Shown: in pieces, positions 37,261-51,053 of the stretch
How the letters are laid out: every line of letters begins with the position of its first letter
Numbering within the stretch: position 1 is the first letter of the stretch
Origin: Octopus vulgaris
Taxonomy: Eukaryota
DNA length: 64,000 bases
Direction: 5' to 3'
Assembly: GCA_951406725.2 (NCBI GenBank)
Contig: OX597822.1
Coordinates: 17,298,001-17,362,000, forward strand
Notes under the pieces: model-generated
Databases searched by the model: none
Told to the model about the DNA's origin: nothing
What the model saw: only the letters and a program-made list of their open reading frames with translations
Translations under genes and position numbers: made by a program

Positions 37261-38452
37261 TCCGTAACACAAGTCTTAATTCTAAGCTTCACCTTTCATT
37301 CCTTCTCCTGCAGCTAATACATTGCAATTAAGAGATGCTTATTATCATTATAATTATTAATAATATAAATCCTATTCCATTAAATCTTGCATCAAAACTA
37401 TAATTATTAACCAATTATTTATGTTTCCATAATATTGTATGTACATGAGACTCAACTCCTTAGATAATGTGAATATTGATTCTCAGACATCTTGAAAAGT
37501 AATCTAGTCTAGAAATTAGTGATAATTAACCCTTAAGTTGACTGATGTAAAACATGTTCTAGTTTATAGTTTAAATATTTTATTTCATAACTTGTTTCAC
37601 CATAACCACTCTTTTTCTATATTCAAGTAAAGTACCAGGGCAATGTTAGGTTAAATATTAATGTATTGATAATTTTTGCATAATTGATACAATTTCTGTT
37701 TGAATCACAACACAGACTGTCATGTTATATATCATCAAGATCTTTATACTAAAACTGCCTTTTCTAAATTGATTTTTTCATAATCAAAATTTGCCCTTTA
37801 TTTTTCTCATTTAGAAAGTTTATTTCATGAAAAAAGTTACAATACATAAAGACAAGAAGAGGGAGGTTAATTTAAATAAAACACACTTTAATTGGTAGAA
37901 ACTAAAATAATTGTATTTTATTCATTTCAATAGTTTTAATGTTGTTCCTTTTATTTTATAGTTAATTGATGTAAGTCTTATGAAGTGTAGTGGATAGATT
38001 TATTAATATGAATAGTCTTCTATAAACAATGAATGTTGAACATCAGTTCAGCAATAAATAATAACTCAGGCTACCAGTGGTACTTCAACCATGCATTCAC
38101 AATACCATTTAAACTAAACAAGTTTTCCAGTTTTCATCTTCTAAATTAGATGCTTTAATCTTACAACACTTTGTTTTATGAGCTATGATTTATAGCTGGA
38201 GTAGCATTTGCAGAAAACTTATTTATATAGTTTTCAATGCTTCATTTGCTATTTTCTGAGCAAAAATAAATTTAAGTATTTCTTTGGATGTGAAATGGAT
38301 TTTAATAGAATTTGAAACTGAGAGAAGCAGTCACATGTGTGTGTGTGTGTGTGTGTAAATCTGTATGTTTCCCTTGTTTTCATGTGAGTTCACTGGATGT
38401 AAGCAGAACTTTGCTGATGGTATCAGACAGTGCTGTTTGCTTGCAGTCCATT

Positions 38453-38548
38453 GCAAAAAGTATGCTTCTGGATACATTGCATGATCTTGGTAAACAAAAG
38501 GCAAAAAGTATGCTTCTGGATACATTGCATGATCTTGGTAAACAAAAG
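38453..38548. repeat. Perfect 48-bp tandem duplication
   Basis: gcaaaaagtatgcttctggatacattgcatgatcttggtaaacaaaag occurs twice. Confidence 0.95.
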
Positions 38549-41500
38549 GCTCTCACACAGATGCTGTCCTTTACTTCCAGTTGTCTGTGTAAACTTTAGA
38601 CTGGGAGATTATTGCTTCATTTGAAAACAGGTGGGATTTGACATTAGGAATGGTGTCTGACCTTGGAAAATTCTGCCCCAACATACTAGCATCTGACCCA
38701 TGCAAGCATGGAAAAGTAAGCATTAAATCATTAATGTTGATACTAATTCAATGACTTCTAATTGCAGACAGCTCAATCTTAAAATAAATTATCATCATCA
38801 TCATCATCATCATCATTGTTTTAGTGTTGCCTTTTCCACATGGATCAGGCAAAATTTGTAGAGGCAAATTTCTTTTACCATGTGGATGGTAAGTAAACTT
38901 CTTACCACTCGGTCATACCAGCACCTTTAAAGGTTATGTTTTCTATAAAGTATACGTCTCTTAAAAATGCAAATACCTTAAAGATGTTGTGAATTAATGA
39001 TCCATTAGTTCAACAATCCACCCCTTTGATATCTCAGTAAATGCACTGCCAATGGTTCCAAAGAAATTATATATATATTATACTTGAAATTAGTTCTTGG
39101 AAAATTATGATAATGACAATCATGCAAAATAGTAATTTGAAGATTTAGCAGCTCTCTAATATCCTGCTGGGGATTTCAAGAGTATTATTATTTGATATTG
39201 AAAGGAAGTTCTTTAAAAGGTTTCTAAAAGCAGTTATAAATGAATCAATAAATAAAACTTTTCCAAATCACGTTCACTTGGAAACAGCAAAAACTTAATG
39301 TAAATCTGCATTCAATGTGTCGAGTGATGAAAAGGAAGGGGAAAAAAAAACCCACATTATTTTAGGACAGACAGACAGACAGGAGGTGGGGAGGAGATTT
39401 AGTATTTTTTATGCTTACAAACTTCTTTTCCTTACCAATTACATGCAATGAAGTGTGAAGATGGAAGCAAGACTAAATCAAATCAAAGAAGATAGAAAGA
39501 AATCATGCAAAAGACAATTTATTGGTTAGAACATAGGGAAAATGCTTTCCTCAACCAGTCTTTCCTGAAAAAAAAAGGCTAAGTAAAATCCTTATGTTCA
39601 GTAAAATAATACATCTTGTAAATACATGGCTCAATGAGTTAGTGAGTTGGTAATGAAAGCAGAGCAAAGGGAGTACAGAATGTCATGAGAATATCTATAG
39701 TACTAGTGTTTGATGGCAGTTACTAAAGTAAATAAAAGCAAAAAAATAAGTATACGAAACAAAATATACATGAGAGTTCAGTTACAATCCTTATTCTCTA
39801 TGCTAACTAAATGGGACAACAGTGCATTATATTTCTAATGCAAATATTGATTCTTACATAAGAATGAAACTCGAAAAGTAACAGGAAGTTGGACAACAAA
39901 AAAAGAAAAAAGGTACCGGGGGATTTAAATAAAATGGCTCCAGCTTGGCTTGAATCTGAGCAGCAAATTGGAGCTTAATCTAAATATGAAGAATTTGAAC
40001 CAATGAAAATAAGAAAATCACAAAGTGTGGAATTATATAAAATCAGTAAAAACTAAGTGGCTCATTAAATTATTGTCTTCATTTTATGTGATCTTAACTA
40101 TCTTTTAATTGTCAGTTTTTTTCTTTCTTTTTTTTTTTTTTGGCAAACTGAAACAACATAATTTAAGAGTCTGTATTCAAACTAAGCAAAAGAAAAAAAG
40201 AATCAGTTGGGAATCCTCTAACAGAAATGTAAATCAGTGTCTAAGAGAGAAGATATTATGATTGTACTATTTCACACAAATATTTATTAAGTCATTTATG
40301 AATGTCTAACACTTCAGATATAATTCCAGGGTACCAATGTCCACCCTCACATTTGTAGCTTCTTCAACAATAAATAAATAGGTTAATGCTCACAATATAG
40401 GTAAATTATGGAGAATTAAAATGCAAACAATTTTAAACTGTTCTTTCCACTAAAGTACACCACCCCTTCATCATCATTTAATATGCATGTTCCATGCTGG
40501 CATGGGTTAGATGGTTTGACAGGATCTGATTTGTCCAAAGACTGCATCAGGCTCCAATGTCTTCTGCATTGGCATTAAAGATTAACATGCAATGGAACCA
40601 ATAATGCATATTTAATTACAAATATAATGAGCTAAAGGAAATAATTCAAAAGGAACAATGGTATGAATTTAGATAATTGAATTAAAGGCTTAGGAACAGG
40701 ATGTCAATAGGCAAAAGATCCTTAATTGAAATGTTCTCATTTAGAAGGGAAAAAAATAACAGCAGTTGTTGTTATATATTATAACTCAATGAAAAAAGAA
40801 GATAACTTCAAGAAAATAGCAATTAATCTCTCAAAGTTTAATTACATATCTAGGGAAGGAAAAGTTTGAGCTTTGTTTGAAGGTAACTATGAGTGTGTTA
40901 TCGGTGAACTGAACTTTATCAGCATAGTATAGGTTTCCCAACCAGCTGACATACATTTTTACAAATAGGAAAAGGTTAGTTAAAATTCTGCTCATAAGGT
41001 CTGTTAGATCAGGATACGTCCATAGTTGCACTCTTGCTAGCAAATACAGAACAGATATTCCTTAAGTATATAAATTAACTTTAAAAGATTAGTGTTCCTA
41101 ATTTCTAAAGTCATAAACAATTCTCACAAGATTTCTGTATTCTTTCTCTGGCTAAGAGCAAAATTTCAATTAATTAAAAACCTTTTTGCATACAACATTT
41201 AACTTAATTATGCAAAGCTATATTCTTGATAAATTACAAAACCATAAAAGATTATAATAAAATAAACATTAAAATCTTTAGAAGTGATAACTTTCCTTGC
41301 TTTAGATACATAAATTTTTCTTTTTTAAATAGAGGGAACTCAACGAGAAAGTTATGAAGAATGCATTCATAAAATATTGCCAGTTAACAAAATTAAGGTG
41401 TTTTTTTATTTAAATAAAAAAAGAAATCTGAAAATTTGTGACTCAATAAAGCTCAGAAATTACTACTTGAATGTTGTTCCATATCCAAATGGCTTTTGAA

Positions 41501-44500
41501 GTACAAATATTGAGAAATACTCTCAATGCTATAAGTACTTTATTTATGAATAATGTTCTTTTTACAAATGTTGTACAGAGCTAGAGATAAATATAAAACT
41601 AAAGAAAAGCATAATACTTCAAGACAAATGAAATATTAGTTTGAACCAGCAGCTTTTTGGATATTAAACAAGAGTTTATATTGGTTTCTGTTAGACCAGA
41701 AAAGATGTTACATAACATTTAGAAAAGTTTTCTTTATGTCAAATATGATAAATAATGCTGAAATGTAAAAAATATAAAAACAAGCAATAGAGTCTATTAT
41801 ATAGACATATAATAACAGGTGGGTTTGAAATACTGTCACTTGTTATCTTTTGTCTTGTACTCAATTCCTCAGGTATACTGTGTACTAGATTAAATCTATC
41901 CTCTATTAAGTTCTCCTCACATATCTTTGTCTCATCAAATAATACTTTTCAACACTTACCAAAGCTAAAACAATAATTTGTTATATACAGCTTGGAAACA
42001 ACTGCTTCCTCAGCTTTTTTTTTACAACTTCTCTTCTATACTCAAACTGTATACTTTGCAAAGATACAATTTACATATACATATTACAAACATAGGTATG
42101 TCTGCAATTGTACATGTGTGTATGTGTTTCTTTAAAAAAGAAAATCAATTATTTTCACACCCTTGTACCATCTGGACATACATTTGAGAATTTGATAAGA
42201 TTTAATCTTACTGTTTAAAACACACAGACTAAACAAGTATAGCAGCCTTAAAAATTTGACTAGTTCTATGAACCTACTTACTTTCAACGTGCTGTGTTAA
42301 AATTTAGAACTTTTTCAATCACTGTAACTTATTTTTCTTTCTCAATGGCATTTTTAAAGCAAAGCACTTCTTTGTCTCATTTTTATCCCTCAACCTATCA
42401 CTGATTAATGGCTTTTGATGATCATGAAACATTTAAGTTGCTCAGTTGCTGTTGTTAGCAAATCCAAGATTTCTATCGGTGAATTATCAATGTATTGTAG
42501 AAAATCAGCGTCTGTTTTAGGTTTGTTTAGAAAGTTATATTCTATGTTTAAGGAAAAAAAATCCTTGAATAAATTATCTTTTGAAGTCGAAAGTAGTTAG
42601 ATCTCTTCCATGAAACATTGTACCTCCCAGACAAGATGTGAGTGTATGTTGTACTGCAGGCCTAATCAATATATGGTAGTAATGAATACTGTATCAAAAC
42701 AGTGATGTTATATTTTCCATTTGGTATGTTAAAGCATGTTATAGTTGGGGTATTTAATTCCTAGTACATCTTAGCCTATAACTGAGTCTCTATACAGTCA
42801 CTCAGTCTTAATAGCAGCCTATTCTCTTCAGAAGCAGGAAACACTGGACAATATTGTCCTCATTACATTATGTCTTTTAACACATAAATCAAGGACTAGC
42901 ACTTCATCACCACTACTTCATCTGTTCTTTCCATCTCCAGCCCAATTATTCCCACTCAATATTCTATAACGTGAGTAACCATGTAGCTCCTCTATAACAA
43001 GGAACCTGTTCTGGTCCTTCTTTCATACTTTCACCTCTTATCTCCTGGTTTAAAACCACCTTCTTCTCCGTTGTAGCTCCTCTCAGTCAAAGGGGATCAT
43101 AATCTTGAGAGCCGCATAACAACCTCACTCATGTTAGTGCCACAAAAATAATGTACCCGGTACATTCAATAAAGTGGTAGGCATTAAGAAGGTTATTCAG
43201 CCACGCCAAAGCAGATATTGGAGGATCATGCAGTCTTTGGACCCATTATAATATCCTTGCCAACTGTTCAGCCTATGCTAACATGGAAGGTGGACATTAG
43301 AAGATAACAATATTGATCTGTGTTTTAATGCAAATATACGGAGAATCAACAAATTTGAATGACATCAAGCCAAAACTATGTTGATTCTGCTCTCCATGGT
43401 TGACAAAAAGTGTTCCATGTTTAATTGTCCTTTTCCATTAATCATCTCCATGTCTCATTTTGATTTTTTACAACTAGATTTCTAGAGCACACACCATCCT
43501 ATTATTATTGTCCATCTACATATATGTTTTTCTTCTCTCACTGTGATCACTCTATCGTTCCTTCCTCCTTAATCCTTTCTTTCACTCTTGTTCTCACTGC
43601 CATATACTATCTCTCCCCACACTTGGTCTTCTTTTCTGTCCCTCTTTGACATTTCCTTTACTCTCCTTTCATGTAGCTTGCTGCTGATACTGCTGTGTGG
43701 CCTATCCTATAATTCCTTTCCTTCATTCTTTTTTTCTATTGCAAACATCACCACAGGTAGATGTTCTTAAACTCTTATCCTTTCCTTATGCCCAAAATAT
43801 GATCAAGTTTTAGTCTTTCTTTGCTTTCACACAAACTCTTGAGGAGTTCATTGCTTTTCTTCGTTCCCTATCAGAAGGCTACAATATATATAGAAATATA
43901 TTTTTATCAAACTGTATTACATGTATCTGTCTGTAATTTTTCATCTCATTCCTTTGCCATTGTCCTCTACATCCTAAGTAGTCTCTTCTGTAATATCTGT
44001 CATCTTAGTGATATGGTGCAACCACAGTACTACTATGGAGCTTAAAATCATGGAACTTTAAGCATGTTAAAACTAGACTGATTCCAGTTGTCATGGCTGA
44101 TGAGAGGTTTTGTTCTTTGCTTAATGAATCTTTTCTCTTTGTTTCTATGCCCCAGTTGGAGTTTGACTCTCTCTCTCTCTTTCTCACTGTATGTATGTAT
44201 TTCTTTCTTTTGGCCTGGCTTTACAAGCAAAGGTTTATGTAGGGGTATGTCCCTGTCTATTGCAGACTTGTGGACACTTGACAAGTCCATTTAAGGACAG
44301 GCAAGCACAACCACTGAGACTGAGCAGTCAGTCAGGGTTGGTCAGTGTCCTTGTTTATCTACCATTTTTGCTTATGTATATAAAATAATATAATACAATG
44401 TGTGTATGTGTGTGTGTGCATATATCATTATCATCATTTAACATCTGCTCTTCATGCTGGTATGAGTTGGACAGTTTGACATAAAGCTGGCTAGCAGGGA

Positions 44501-44513
44501 GCTGTCCAGACTA

Positions 44514-44692
44514 CATATATATACATACATACACACACACACATATGTATATATATATATATATACATACACATATGTGTATATATATATATGTGTGTAT
44601 ATATATATATATTTATATACATATATATATATATACACATATACACATGCACACTCACACACACACATAAACATATATATACACATACACAC
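44514..44692. repeat. Compound TA/CA/TG microsatellite
   Basis: Directly visible. Confidence 0.9.
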
Positions 44693-44768
44693 ATTTTCTT
44701 TATCCTTTTTGTAGTTTCACCTCAGAGTTGTGGCCATGCTGGGGCACCACAGTTTTGCTACACTGTTA

Positions 44769-45563
44769 TTACTGATAGCCTAACCCTACCCCTACCATAT
44801 TGTGATCCGAGATTAATGTCGGCATCACTTTCACATCATGAATGATGTCCATATTGTTCATGAAGCAGAGATCCAAAGTGTTATTTGCCCTTGTTGGTCT
44901 GAGCACAACTTGCTCCATGAATAGGGCATTGGTGAGGTTGAGCAGGGTCTCCACCTGTCCTTGTTTGCAATGAGTCATTCCTGAGAGCATGAGGCCTTCA
45001 GTCCATTTAACATTGGGGAAGTTGAAATCACCCATAAGAAATATGCTCACGTGGTGTTTCAGTTTCATGAGGATTTCTTTAATTTTTGTGACGTAGTCTT
45101 CAAACTTGCCTATGTGGTTTGGAGCATCCAGTGGGCAATATGTATTGCATATGACTATATTGTGTTGTCTTATGTATACAATTAGAGTGTCACATACTGA
45201 ATATGAGTATGACAATAAGACCTGGGCTGTGAGGTCATCACGGATGTATACAGCAACTCCACCATGGCTCCTTTCCCTTCTGTCTGTTCGCAGTATGGCA
45301 TATTTTGGTACGTGTACTTCTGCATCTTCTATATCAGGGTTCAGATGAGTTTCCATGAGTACTATGCATAGGGCTTGATTGCATGCAGCAAGGTCTCTCA
45401 GGAAAGAAATTTTGCTTTTGTTATTATGATGCAACAGGCCCCCAATATTTAGTAAAAATATTGGCATGACAACTGTGCAGGCATTTGGGGAGGCCTTCCA
45501 GTGTAATATTAGTAGAAAACAAGATATAGACACATCCTTTAGCTTGCCCGTGTTAATTTGCAT
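44769..45563 (-). mobile_element. AP-like (EEP) endonuclease domain of a CR1/Jockey-group LINE, open frame, RT missing
   Basis: LLNIGG, LMETHL, RTDR...GGVAVYIR, GDFNFP, PTR.NNTLDLCF and ISDHN motifs lie in a 264-codon open frame. Confidence 0.9.
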
Positions 45564-46784
45564 ATTACAGAGATTTGGGGGAATATCTCTAAGTTTCCTT
45601 CTCCAGTATGATTAGATACTAACATTACTAATATACAAACTAACTTATGTATAAACTAAGAAAGAATGTTTAAGTAGCTATGAGCTTCTTATCTTTGGAC
45701 ATCATACAAGTGAAGTTAAGTAAATTTTCACATGAATTAACAAATGCTAAACCGGTTAGGTTCAAAACTTGTGTTATGTTGCCAATAGCTTGGGTATATC
45801 CCAAAGTTTCATTCCACACAGCACAATTATACATGTTTTGGAATATATATAGAGAGAGATATACTTCATAACTGTAGGTACCAGAAGGAATGCACACACG
45901 TGTGAAAATCAGAATAATGATGGCATGAAATCATTAGCTTCAAATGCAGAAGTAAACTCTAATAGAAGCATTGAGAATATTTTTTTCACTCTTGTTCACC
46001 CAAATGATGATGACAGGGACCCCCACCACACACACACACACACCAAGTACAAACAAGCTGTGAGGAAAACTGAATAATAAGAGGAATGAAATATATAATG
46101 TGAGAGAGAAGACTGTGGTAATATGGGAATTTGATGTGTATAGAGGATGACAAGAGTATAATGAGGGGCCAAGCATAAAAGTAGGTAGAAACTCTGAAAG
46201 AAGAGAACCAAGAAAGAGTAGGGTTGAAGTGGCAGAGACAAATCTCAAGATATTACATCTCATGAAGGATATAACATTGGAGAGTGCGAAGTGGTGGTTT
46301 AGAGTGCCAGTCAAGATCCAGCCACCCATACAAGCATTGTGAAATAGAGTTACTATAGACAGAGGCTGTGACACATAATATATATCTCCAACTGGATTTT
46401 ACTCCTTTTGTTCTTGCCAAGTCTCCATCTGCTGCCCACCTCATCTTTTAATCACCCCTATCTATCATGATGGGCATTATGCCACCCATCATCTTACTTC
46501 TACAACAGTTGATGGACTACGTTGCCTTTGGTTCTCCAAAAGTGTGAAAATAAATCAAAACTTGAAACTTAAATTTTCAGGGCAAGAGTAGAATGTGTGC
46601 TGACATTATAATAGTGTCAAAATGCAGATACAACCAAAAGTCCAACGAAATAAGATTATCATGAGCAACACTCAAAACAACATGGAGGAACGGCTGGATA
46701 ATCAAGCCCCAATATAGCCACAACATTGCACATGCATGTGTGTGTGCGTATATCTATATCTACATATCTATATGTATATATATA

Positions 46785-47110
46785 AAGGGGTTGGACAAAA
46801 TAATGGAAACACCTAGCATCATAATTTTGAAATATCTATAAAACTGTCAAAAGCTTGTTTATGTTTATGTTTTTTTATTTATTATTATTGTTGCTTAATA
46901 TGTTTTGCTAAAATTGTTGTTTCTTTTCAGATAATCATTAGAAAAAGGTAATTTAAATTTCATTAAAATGACAGATCTATCGGACTTTCAAAGAGGCCAA
47001 ATTGTTGGTGCTTGTATGGCAGGCACTAGCGTAATGAAAACAGCTGAAATGTTTGGTGTATCAAGAAGTACTGTCTCGAAAGTAATGACTGCCTTTGAGA
47101 AAGAGGGAAT
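46785..47110 (+). mobile_element. Tc1-like transposon, left TIR and transposase N-terminus
   Basis: TA then (a)aggggttggacaaaataatggaaacacct; ORF 46968 MTDLSDFQRGQIVG...TAEMFGVSRSTVSKV is a Tc1 paired-like HTH. Confidence 0.85.
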
Positions 47111-47360
47111 GGCACGTAAAAAACACCATATTCGAGCGTGGCTGTTGCCAGTACCGTCAGACTGGCCTTCGTGCCAGTGGCACTTTAAAAGCACCCACTA
47201 CACTCTCGGAATGGTTGGTGTTAGGAAGGGCATCCAGCTGTAGAAACTCTGCCAGATCAGATTGGAGCCTGGTGCAGCCTCCTGGCTTCCTAGACCCCGG
47301 TCAAACCGTCCAACCCATGCTAGCATGGAAAGCGGATGTTAAACGATGATGATGATGATA
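47111..47360 (+). mobile_element. Young family B (RTE-tail) copy
   Basis: Close match to 4970-5200; ends in (gat)n. Confidence 0.9.
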
Positions 47361-49484
47361 ATGAGAAAAGCCACCTGACAACCAGAACTAACTGCCTAAC
47401 TTACACCAGTGTGTCCTTCCATGAAGGACACACTGGTGTTGGAGAAGAGTGAAGGCTGTGAAATAGCTCTTTCCTCTAGAACAAAAGAATGTAATAAAAA
47501 AAAAATGAAGTTCTAAACACACACACACAAAATAGGTGTAGTGATCACAGTTACACTGCTGCAGACCATAGACATGCTTAATCAGGCTGACCTGGGGCTA
47601 AATGACAATAACAACAACAGCATTGTAACTAAAACTGAAAGTGTCTTTTATTGAAATACATAAGTATATGAGAAGTAAAGAGAACATGATATTAATATAC
47701 ACTGATGTAAATCAAAAGAAAGAAAGAAAAAAAAAAGCCACAAAAATCTAAAAGTTGATTCTGTTACAAACATATTTCTGAACAATATTATTAAATTGTT
47801 AAAGGGATATTGGGGAATTTAGAACAACAATTATTACTTAGAAGACCATATTGATGTTTGAAAATGTTAGGCATTAAGAAATATTCCGTTCAAAAGTAAG
47901 AGAGGAAAAAAAAATGCTGAAAAGTATAATAGTAAGTAGTGAATAAAGATTTGCCTGTCAAATGTTATTATGTAAAAACCTGAGTAATCTGAAATAGTTT
48001 TGGTATATTTTAGAAGCGCTCCAAGCAGATGACAACTTAAAATAAGTGGAAGAGATAGTAAGGTACCATACGCAATAGGAATAAGAACAATCGCAAAAAT
48101 GGTATGTAGGAAAAAAAATTAATAAAGTAGCTGATCAATAGAAAGGGTGAGGAAGAAAGATATCTATAAAAATCGAAGAAAATCCATTTATTGTTCCTAT
48201 CAAATATTTCAGGTGACAAAAACAGATGAGTTCCAGTTCTAAGTTGAAAGAAATAGACAGTTAGTCCCTCAAGTATATCCATTATGGAAGAGAGTATAAC
48301 TTTCGTGGAATGGAGACAAGCAGTTATTGTAAGAATACAACTGTCTATATTCATAAGAGCAAAAGAAAAATCTTTTGTTCTTAATCACTTATTCTAAACA
48401 CTTTAGCATACACAAGTATAGAAACTTGAGTACATAAAGACATTAGTACGCATGCATAGATAGTTTAGAATCATAATGCATGCATACATGCAAGAATATA
48501 CTTATCAAAGGAAGCAAGGAAAATAAATTGGTGATAATGTATATTTTCATAGAGTTTAATAAAGACACGAAAGAAAAAAGAAAACATGAAACAACTGAAG
48601 AGCTTTGGAAGAAGAACAATACCAGAGAAAAATTTAACCATTTGGGAACGAAGGCTCCTTGAGCTTCAAGCTCAAAGAAGACATGACTGTCTTTATAAGA
48701 TATAACAAGAAAATAGACGATATTAATTCTGAAAAAATACCTAAAATTCATTCAAAATAAAAAATTTTTCTAAATGGTCAGTGCTTTCTTTGGTCTAATT
48801 TTGTAAATCAATTTAGTGGTCATCTAAAGCTTTGTATTAATAAAACTTCTACTATTGTGAATATACTTCATTGAAGTATATCTGAAGTTAATAATTTGAA
48901 ACTAAAGTGTAAATGTAACAAACATAAAGTTGTACTGAATCATTTGATAATTAAGTATAGAAAAGAAAAAGAAAAAATATAAAGCCCTCGGTTATTTATT
49001 ATGCTGACTAAATCCCCTATCCGGTCTAACACTACCACCTGGTCCTTTGGTGCTTTTAACAAAGCCTGTTCTGTTTGCAAGCATTCAGGCCACAACTCTG
49101 GACAACTTTCCTGCCCAGTCCATCATGCTTGAAGGTCACAGAAATTACCCTTCCTCTGCTGACTAATTCATGCAAGTAAATAAATAATAAATGAAAATGA
49201 AAAGAGACAAGTGTATTTAAAAATGAAAATATTAATGCAAGTATTTCACAATCACCAGTCTAAATGTAAAAATAAAAAAGATAAAAACATATCCCAACAG
49301 ACAATCGACATAAATTGTCTCATTTCTAACATTTCAAATAATCTTCACAGGACGCAATGATATAAAAACATGTAACACATAAGAAAGCAATATTCTAGTT
49401 AGGAAAATAATAAAGAGAAGTAAAAATCTATTCCACAGACAAGGTTGCTACGAGTGGGGGAAAAAGGGAGTTTATATATATATA

Positions 49485-49707
49485 GGCGCAATGGCCTAGT
49501 GGTTAGGGCAGCGGACTTGCGGTCGGAGGATCGCAGTTTCGATTCCCAGACCGGGCGTTGTGTGTGTTTATTGAGCGAAAAAAACACCTAAAAGCTCCAC
49601 GAGGCTCCGGCAGGAGGTGGTGATCCCTGCTGTACTCTTTCACCACTCTAAAGGCGGTGCTCCAGCATGGCCGCAGTCAAATGACAAAAAAAAAAAAAAA
49701 AAAAAAA
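49485..49707 (+). mobile_element. Chimeric tRNA-derived SINE with poly(A)
   Basis: A box tggcctagtgg and B-box-like gtttcgattcc; the last ~37 nt match the family A tail, followed by A22. Confidence 0.75.
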
Positions 49708-50018
49708 GGGTGCAATGGGTAAATTGCTGCCATTTTATATTATCAATTTTGTGCATGTGCATTGTTTGTTTTTGATTTTGTTGACTACACAGAATAGTAG
49801 GGTCAGTTGGGCATTGTCTGTGAGGAAAACAGCCCCATGAGACAATTCACTCCGCCAGAAATTTGGAAACAACATGCTGTACTGCTTGGCATTCATGCCA
49901 GAAGCTTCAATACGAAGAGGTGGTGAACACACAGAACAACTGTTGGCTTGCTGTGTCCCCAAAACATATACAAAAGAGTAATGTGAATTAGAGGTAATTG
50001 ATTAATTAATTACTGGAA

Positions 50019-50094
50019 GTCTTACAGCTGTTTCTGGGATATCCCAAGTGATAGGTTAGCATCTTCATACACTGGGTATCCTGTCATCAGAGAC
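50019..50094 (-). ncRNA. Type I hammerhead ribozyme motif, probably from a Penelope-like terminal repeat
   Basis: GTCT-CTGATGA-[long helix II]-GAAAC-AGCT-GTA-AGAC; core intact, but the two basal pairs of helix II are mismatched. Confidence 0.75.
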
Positions 50095-50881
50095 AAGGTG
50101 AGTATGTATTAAAGTTCTAGATAGAGAATTCACAGTTTATAAGGAAAAAACAGGAGACAGAAGAATAAAGAGTAAAACAACAGATATTCTTCTATCTACT
50201 GTTTTACTACTGTTTAAATGACAAGTTTAGAAGTGATTGTATACACCCACTTGCACTCATACATGTGAGTTGGGTGTACAAATGGGACAGACCTTGTTCA
50301 AATTCCAGAAAGAAACCCCCAAAATAAAGAAACTTGAAATAGTAACAGAGTGAATCATCTTTCTTTGTAAGCATGCGTATATACACACACATACACTCAC
50401 GCCATTCTTTCACTAGTTCCAGTAATTAAGGACAATTTTCTTAAAAACCCCTTTATCCATTTACTTTGGTCAACATTTTGAAAGGAAAAACTGTCTCTAT
50501 TTGGCCTGCAACATCATTATCGCTACCACCACCACTACCTAAGGTAGAAATAATCATAACTGTAAACAAAAATGGTATCAAATGAGAATTTTATACAAAG
50601 TTTAGTATAAAGATAAAGAACATTATTGTGGAAGAAAAGGAGAAAGTGGGGAATAGAATGAAAGAAAAAAAAATGATGAAGAGACAGATAAAAATATAGT
50701 TAAATTATAAATGTAGTAAGCTAGTGAGATATAATGGAAGTGGCTGAGTCAGTGAACAGCCACTTAGATGTACCACAATATGTTATTATTACAAAATAAT
50801 GACAGAATAATGTAATAAATTTCAAGACTTGTGCCTCTATTAGAAACAATTATTACAAAATAATAATCAAAATGAATATTA

Positions 50882-51053
50882 CAGTTATTGCTATCTTAAG
50901 GCATGGGTATACTGGGCAGTTTACACAGGAGCCTCACAGGTCTAAGGGCCCAATTCTGAATTATGAATGCAGCAGTTTGCTGTCAATAAATATATGCTAT
51001 AGTTCAATGCATTGATTTGCCCTGGGGTCTATATTGCTGTTAAACGGGCTCTG
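50882..51053. mobile_element. Probable short hAT-like MITE
   Basis: The right end reverse complement cagagcccgtttaacagc and left tcttaaggcatgggtatactgggcag resemble CAGGGCCGTCTTAA-type TIRs; degenerate. Confidence 0.4.

Noticed and set aside
42281-42620. Protein-like minus-strand stretch ending at GTAAGT
   Set aside because: Stops interrupt the frames, there is no good acceptor and no family is recognisable.
49485-49560. Possible tRNA gene
   Set aside because: The acceptor and anticodon stems do not form a full cloverleaf and the sequence continues into a SINE body.
49735-49962. Higher-complexity segment with short ORFs on both strands
   Set aside because: No recognisable motif or convincing splice sites.
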